From: a virus
IMG/VR virus record: IMGVR_UViG_3300022602_000039
Coordinates: 66,034 to 130,033 of that record
Strand: one strand, 5' to 3'
Length of the DNA: 64,000 bases
Shown one piece after another: positions 58,925-64,000 of the stretch. The translations under genes were made by a program, and so were the position numbers. Within the stretch, counting starts at the first letter, position 1, and every line of letters starts with the position of its first letter. A model generated the notes under the pieces. The model was given only the letters and a program-made list of their open reading frames with translations. It had not been told where the DNA came from and did no database searches.

Positions 58925-59524
58925 TTATTTAAAAATAGCTAAAAACTTATTAACATCTACCCCGACAGGGATATTATCCTTTACTGTAGCTATATCACCT
59001 TTGATAATAGCTTTTCTTAAATCGGTTGCTGAAATTTCCTTACTGTTATTCTGCTTTGCCTTAATAATTGGAGGTATACCAACTCTAAAACCTTTAGGAA
59101 GTTTATCAGGGTTCTTTTGAAAATAATTCTCAAAAGCAAAAGAACGAGCCTCGTCACCACCTTTATCAGAAGCACCCATACCAAAAATTAAATTTTTGTA
59201 TTCTTCTCTTCTTGGATCACTCATTAAAAATTCAAATGCTGCTTGCATCGGATTATTATATTCTGTTGATTCAACCTGAACTTTATTAAGCCTACTAACA
59301 CCGTATAAATCAAAAACTTTAAGAGACTGTTCACGTGTAATACCGTCACGTTCCTTTGGACCAATTAATACAATAACCTTTTCTACTTGCGGATTATTGT
59401 TATAACTTGCAATTAAATGCATATGACCAGCTGTCGGTGGCTTGAATCCACCAGGAATTAAAACAATAAATTTATTATTATTAATAGACTCAAGAACAAG
59501 CTGCACGTAACGATCAAATTTCAT
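58925..59524 (-). CDS. HIGH-superfamily nucleotidyltransferase (cytidylyltransferase-like)
   Basis: PGGFKPPTAGH; ISATDLR. Confidence 0.8.
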   Translation of the reverse strand: MKFDRYVQLVLESINNNKFIVLIPGGFKPPTAGHMHLIASYNNNPQVEKVIVLIGPKERDGITREQSLKVFDLYGVSRLNKVQVESTEYNNPMQAAFEFLMSDPRREEYKNLIFGMGASDKGGDEARSFAFENYFQKNPDKLPKGFRVGIPPIIKAKQNNSKEISATDLRKAIIKGDIATVKDNIPVGVDVNKFLAIFK

Positions 59525-59526
59525 AA

Positions 59527-60885
59527 TTAACTACCCCATGTTGCACCTAAATTTGGTGAAGGTACATCTGCAATTGATCGATTAGAACCCTGCATAGTTT
59601 GATTACCAATTAAGTTATTAACACCATTTCTTGAATTAGCTAAGTAATCGTTTGAAGCTGGTATAATAGGCCCTACATCTTCATTATCTTGCTCTTTTGC
59701 AAACTTACCCTGCTCCTTACCAATAATAAAGTCACCTGTAAATTTGATAGGAATACCAACCGGCTTACCCTTATACATTAAATTACGTACAACAATACCT
59801 TCGTGAGCACCAACATGACCGATTTCAGATTGTAAAGCATTCTTTAAGATTTGACCCATTAAGATTGTAGCCTGTACGAATACAGCACCGTCAACAGCTT
59901 GCTTAATAACAACATCATTGCTATCCTTGATTGCTGTATTTAACGGAATACGACCTGCTACAATATCATAATTTTTCTTACTAAATGGACTTACCTTCTT
60001 GTTATCAGCAAGAGTAATCATCTTGCCAGCTGGACTGTGAGCTTCATTCAACCATGCAGCAAGTCTCTTTGTAACTGCGTGATCAGGTGTATATAATACA
60101 GTTAATTCAGAATTAAGAGCTGGACTAAAATCTACATCTTCTGTACCCTCCTCGAGCTCAGCTGGAATTGAACTATAAACATCAAAACCTGCCTGCTTAG
60201 CAATAGGACGAATTTTCTTAATAACATCTTCTAAAACATTTTTGTTATAGTTAACTTCACGAGCTTTTCTCGTAGCAAGATCAATTTCATTAACACCGTG
60301 AATAGCTAAGAAATTTTTGTTATACCCAACAACATTTGTTTGACCGTAAACATACTCCATATTAAAGAAGTGCTGTTTTTCTTTACCAAAGAATTTTAAT
60401 TTCTTAAGATCATTTTCAATTGAAGGCAGTGCGGTATTAAAAATATTGAGAATAATACTACCAGCTTCAATTAAGCCATGTGGTTTTGTAGGATCTGTTT
60501 TATTAACAAATCTTGAACCAAGTCTATCTAATGTAACACCTCTTATGTCATCTTCCTTCTTAGTACCACGTTCTACACCAAACTCCATATGTCCTTCAGC
60601 ATTATAATAAATGCTACCATCAAGGTTTCTTGCAATTTTAATTGATACATTTGATCCATCAATCTTTACCGCCGGGCGCTCAGATTGAATTGCTTTAACA
60701 GCTTCTTCAAAAACGTTAATCAAATCTTTGCCAGTATTAACGCCAGCCATTTCGTAAGGATGAGTCATATGACCACCTGCACCGCCCTCGTTAAGTACAC
60801 CAACTGGTACATAGCGCATGTAGGGCGGTGGCACTGGTCGTGCAAACGATTCGTTTACGTATACATCTTTTAAGCTTTTGTACAT
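59527..60885 (-). CDS. Conserved phage protein with KxDG nucleotidyltransferase/ligase-like motif
   Basis: LNEGGAGGHMTHPYE; VKIDGSN; HEGIVVR; PIKFTGDF; start placed at MYKSLKDVY. Confidence 0.6.
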   Translation of the reverse strand: MYKSLKDVYVNESFARPVPPPYMRYVPVGVLNEGGAGGHMTHPYEMAGVNTGKDLINVFEEAVKAIQSERPAVKIDGSNVSIKIARNLDGSIYYNAEGHMEFGVERGTKKEDDIRGVTLDRLGSRFVNKTDPTKPHGLIEAGSIILNIFNTALPSIENDLKKLKFFGKEKQHFFNMEYVYGQTNVVGYNKNFLAIHGVNEIDLATRKAREVNYNKNVLEDVIKKIRPIAKQAGFDVYSSIPAELEEGTEDVDFSPALNSELTVLYTPDHAVTKRLAAWLNEAHSPAGKMITLADNKKVSPFSKKNYDIVAGRIPLNTAIKDSNDVVIKQAVDGAVFVQATILMGQILKNALQSEIGHVGAHEGIVVRNLMYKGKPVGIPIKFTGDFIIGKEQGKFAKEQDNEDVGPIIPASNDYLANSRNGVNNLIGNQTMQGSNRSIADVPSPNLGATWGS

Positions 60886-60889
60886 ATTA

Positions 60890-61318
60890 TTAGGCTCTAC
60901 TGTTAATGATCGACTTAATTTTATCAAGCTTTAGATAGAGATTATTTGTATTGATTGAATCGAGAAATTTTTTATAATTAGGGTTATCTAAACGCACCAT
61001 GTTATCACCCTCATACATCGTTAATGCATCTTTTACAGCATTTTTTACAATAAATGCATTTTCTTTTGTAACTTCAGTTTGATATAATTGATCAAGGTCA
61101 CCTTCAGGAAAATTCATTGCTGTTGCTTTGACTAATAACTTAACAAGATCTACGTATCCAGCGGGTGCAATCTGTGTTGGCTGCTGTTCTCCACCTGCAG
61201 CAGGTTGAGCTGCGTTTGGATCAGGTGTAGTGGCGTCAGCAGCTGGAGCTGCTTCAGCTCCAGGGTCTTGCTCATTTAAAAGGGAAAGATAATTATCAAT
61301 ACGATCAGTGAATTTCAC
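60890..61318 (-). CDS. Hypothetical protein with capsid-targeting-like N-terminus
   Basis: MKFTDRIDNYLSLLNE followed by a Pro/Ala-rich linker; TAAATA upstream. Confidence 0.65.
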   Translation of the reverse strand: MKFTDRIDNYLSLLNEQDPGAEAAPAADATTPDPNAAQPAAGGEQQPTQIAPAGYVDLVKLLVKATAMNFPEGDLDQLYQTEVTKENAFIVKNAVKDALTMYEGDNMVRLDNPNYKKFLDSINTNNLYLKLDKIKSIINSRA

Positions 61319-61326
61319 ACAATTAT

Positions 61327-61887
61327 TTATGCAAATAAGAGGTTTTTTGTTTTTAATTGATTAAAGTAATCTTTACTTAGAAACGTCAGACCATGACGTG
61401 CTACATACAGTTTGATACTACTAAACGTGTATTTGTCAGTATTATGCCAATCTGCGTAAGTTCTTACCATTTGCAGGAATTCCATGCCATCTCCACTGTT
61501 TTCGTCAATTTGTAACTTAATAGTTGTAAACGGTAAATGACCAATAAGAATTCGAATTGGAAGTATTTTTTTAATTTTAAGTATGGTTTGATATAACCAC
61601 TCATTTATTACAGATTCACCGTAAATTTCGTGTAATTCCGTATTATACGTAGCTCTTGCAAAGTATATAAAAGTAGCTGTACGTTTGTGTTTGTTTAGAA
61701 AATATTCACAAATTTGATGGATTGTATGATGTAAAAGCAATTTTTTAACATCACGTGAAAATTTGGGGTTTTCAAGTAATCCGTAGGAATATAGGTCATT
61801 TACTGTAACTCTAGAAATTTCCTTACAAATTGAAGCAAAATCTAAAATTTTAAAATTATACTGTACAGGCGATATTTCCTGGATCAT
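61327..61887 (-). CDS. Hypothetical protein
   Basis: TTGCAG-16-TATAAT-6 nt places the start at ATG 61887. Confidence 0.6.
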   Translation of the reverse strand: MIQEISPVQYNFKILDFASICKEISRVTVNDLYSYGLLENPKFSRDVKKLLLHHTIHQICEYFLNKHKRTATFIYFARATYNTELHEIYGESVINEWLYQTILKIKKILPIRILIGHLPFTTIKLQIDENSGDGMEFLQMVRTYADWHNTDKYTFSSIKLYVARHGLTFLSKDYFNQLKTKNLLFA

Positions 61888-61894
61888 ATCCAGA

Positions 61895-62326
61895 TTATAA
61901 CCTGTTTTGAAAAGACTGCAACTCTCCCTTTGGAACCCTACCAATTCGTACATTTATGATACCATTGTAATAATCCTCGCGCATCAGTACGTCCTTGTCA
62001 ATTTGCTCTTTTATTTCATAATACGCAAGAGCCCATTTTGAATTGCATGTTTTTATAATTTTAAAAATAAACTTATCTTTACCGTATTTTACAATATCTT
62101 CGTTAAGTTCATTGGAGGAACTTGTATATTCGCGCCAATCAGAGTCAACATAATCAATTCTGTTTCTCTTCTTACCCTTCAGTGGTTTACGTTTAAGTCT
62201 ACTATGACATTGCTTTTTACCAATATACTTCTTATTATTGACAGTATTGGTTATTTCGTAGATAAAACCAAAAAAATCACCTGTAACGGTAACCCCATCG
62301 TCTAACTGCCAATGACCTAAGTCCAT
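61895..62326 (-). CDS. Short GIY-YIG nuclease
   Basis: GFIYEITN...KYIGKK...SDWREYTSS...E...YYNG. Confidence 0.85.
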   Translation of the reverse strand: MDLGHWQLDDGVTVTGDFFGFIYEITNTVNNKKYIGKKQCHSRLKRKPLKGKKRNRIDYVDSDWREYTSSSNELNEDIVKYGKDKFIFKIIKTCNSKWALAYYEIKEQIDKDVLMREDYYNGIINVRIGRVPKGELQSFQNRL

Positions 62327-62334
62327 TTAGTAAC

Positions 62335-62607
62335 TTACATTGACGGACCTAAATTTCTACGCTGTACAGAAACTTTTGGTGTTTTTGACTTCCTTGACTT
62401 TTTACCTTTTTTCTTCTTTTTTGACTGAGCTACGTTAAAAAACTCCTTACCGAACGGCCAACGAGCATCCCCAGGAGCGTAGGCCATATCATTCTGAGAT
62501 GGAAATTGATTCCCGTGATCACCAGTTGCTGCTGGACCAAACGCTGTAGCTGCAGAATTCTCCATTTCTTGCAGTAAACTTAGATAAAGCTTATTAAAAT
62601 TACTCAT
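62335..62607 (-). CDS. Hypothetical protein with capsid-targeting-like N-terminus
   Basis: MSNFNKLYLSLLQE...YAPGDAR; Lys-rich tail. Confidence 0.65.
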   Translation of the reverse strand: MSNFNKLYLSLLQEMENSAATAFGPAATGDHGNQFPSQNDMAYAPGDARWPFGKEFFNVAQSKKKKKGKKSRKSKTPKVSVQRRNLGPSM

Positions 62608-62642
62608 TGATTTACAATTGCTCTAATATATACTTAAGCTTA

Positions 62643-63032
62643 ATGTTAGAAGAAATCATTAAAGAGCTCGAAGAGGATCTTAAGATTAACGAACTTAATC
62701 TTAAAGATTATCAATTGCGCTTACCTGCTATTAAACACAAGTGGGCAGGTAGACTTATTCGAACTCGCATGACTATTAATACTCTTAAAAAGCAAAGAGA
62801 CGCAGCAAAGAATGAAGTGATGTCTGAAATAAAAGCAACAAGCCCGGTTCAATTAACTTCACCTGTAATTTCTTCTACTGCTGATAAACACAGTAAAATT
62901 CAAGAGTATACCAATAAAATTCAAGAAGCTGAACTGTTAGTAGAGTTACTTGAAAAGTCTGAAAAAATTCTTGGTAGCACTACTTTTGACATTAAAAATT
63001 TAATCGAGATTATGAAACTCGAAATGACATAG
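62643..63032 (+). CDS. uvsY: Recombination mediator UvsY-like
   Basis: DLKINE..L...P....KW...FDIKNLIE; immediately upstream of UvsW as in T4-like phages; TTGATT-16-TATACT-8 nt-ATG. Confidence 0.7.
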   Translation: MLEEIIKELEEDLKINELNLKDYQLRLPAIKHKWAGRLIRTRMTINTLKKQRDAAKNEVMSEIKATSPVQLTSPVISSTADKHSKIQEYTNKIQEAELLVELLEKSEKILGSTTFDIKNLIEIMKLEMT

Positions 63033-63033
63033 G

Positions 63034-64000
63034 ATGATTGAGTTTAGCTACGATAGTAAGAAAAAAGTAGGAATTTTATCAGGTGATATGCTTTCTGATA
63101 TAAGAGAGCACTTTTCTGTCAAAAACGAAGCAGCAGTGTTTATGCGTAGGTATGGACGGTTTATGCCACCGAGAACTTACGCAATTACACCAACCGGTCG
63201 TTTTGAGCCGTGTTTGTATTTTGCTATAAAAGATTATATTCGTAGCTGTAATTACGTTGGGGAAGTAACAAGTACAAGAGAACTTCAAGATGTTGTATAC
63301 CCTGCACGACATACTTGGCAACAGCAATTAGATTTCAATTATGAGTTACCTAAGCTCAAACTTCCTCTTAGAAATTATCAAGAAGATATTGTTAAAAAAT
63401 GTCTAGGATTAGGTAGAGGTACAGTAATTCTAGCCACAGCTGGCGGTAAAACACTTACATCTGCATCATTAATAACTAAAGTGTATACACTGTATAGATC
63501 AACGTATAACAAGGGGAGCTTTAAGGCTCTCTTTATTGTTCCTGATAGAGGGTTAGTAGAGCAGACGGCACAGGATTTTACTGATTACGGCGTTCCATTC
63601 AGTGTTTCTAAGTGGACTGGTGACGATGATTTAGATTTAAATTCAGATATTATTGTTGCCAATCTTGGCATCCTACAAAGTAAGAATAGCGATCTTTCAT
63701 GGCTTGAAACAATCGATCTTCTTATTGTTGATGAATGCTTACGTTCAAATACGCTCATAACAACTGATAAGGGATACAAAAAAATACAAGATATTAAAGT
63801 AGGGGATATAGTTAAGTCATATAACTGTAGTACACACAAGGAAGAGTTAAAACCCGTAATCAACACATGGAAAAATTTGATTAAAAGTAATTCTTATACA
63901 TATTTTTTAGAGATAGAGCTTGAAAATGGGTCTCTTATACAAGTTACTCCAAATCATAAAATATATACAAGCCGCGGCATGGTTAGAGCTGATGAGCTCA
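63034..64000 (+). CDS. uvsW: UvsW-like SF2 helicase (partial) containing an intein
   Basis: Open frame from ATG 63034: LRNYQ, ATAGGKT, IVP...LVEQ...DF..YG, LIVDE; absent from the track because there is no stop in the window. Confidence 0.88.
   Translation, partial: MIEFSYDSKKKVGILSGDMLSDIREHFSVKNEAAVFMRRYGRFMPPRTYAITPTGRFEPCLYFAIKDYIRSCNYVGEVTSTRELQDVVYPARHTWQQQLDFNYELPKLKLPLRNYQEDIVKKCLGLGRGTVILATAGGKTLTSASLITKVYTLYRSTYNKGSFKALFIVPDRGLVEQTAQDFTDYGVPFSVSKWTGDDDLDLNSDIIVANLGILQSKNSDLSWLETIDLLIVDECLRSNTLITTDKGYKKIQDIKVGDIVKSYNCSTHKEELKPVINTWKNLIKSNSYTYFLEIELENGSLIQVTPNHKIYTSRGMVRADEL
63736..64000 (+). mobile_element. Intein (N-terminal part) inserted in helicase motif II
   Basis: After DE: CLRSNTLITTDKGYKKIQDIKVGDIV (block A) and IQVTPNHKIYT (block B TxxH). 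Confidence 0.88.

Noticed and set aside
1-64000. Stop-codon reassignment as seen in some large phages
   Set aside because: Genes are intact in the standard code, TAA, TAG and TGA all end genes, and neither tRNA is a suppressor

Overview
AT-rich, gene-dense 64 kb segment of a large T4-like (myovirus-type) bacteriophage genome in the standard genetic code. T4-type markers include a gp15-like tail terminator, a gp62-like clamp-loader subunit, UvsY, an intein-containing UvsW, a GroES-like co-chaperonin and TAAATA late promoters. Left to right: tRNA-Ala, a phage tmRNA with a 34-aa tag, accessory genes (2OG-Fe oxygenase, HAD nucleotidase, HiPIP), tRNA-Tyr, a RadA-like ATPase, a ~14 kb tail-fibre/baseplate block, a lysis cassette (u-spanin-like, holin-like, endolysin), further virion genes, a DinG-like helicase, DUF366, a 12-gene glycosyl-/methyltransferase island, 7-deazaguanine genes (queE, queD, folE) with phoH, and a cluster of proteins sharing a capsid-targeting-like N-terminal motif. 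Main unexplained signals: (1) a shared terminal motif on about 14 unrelated proteins, suggesting a virion cargo-loading system; (2) promoters placed 5-12 nt before start codons across the window, implying leaderless mRNAs; (3) the gp15 gene apparently starting at ATT behind a Shine-Dalgarno supplied by an upstream homing endonuclease; (4) a possible deazaguanine/DUF366/glycosyltransferase hypermodification system. All family calls come from motif recognition by eye; no database search was run.
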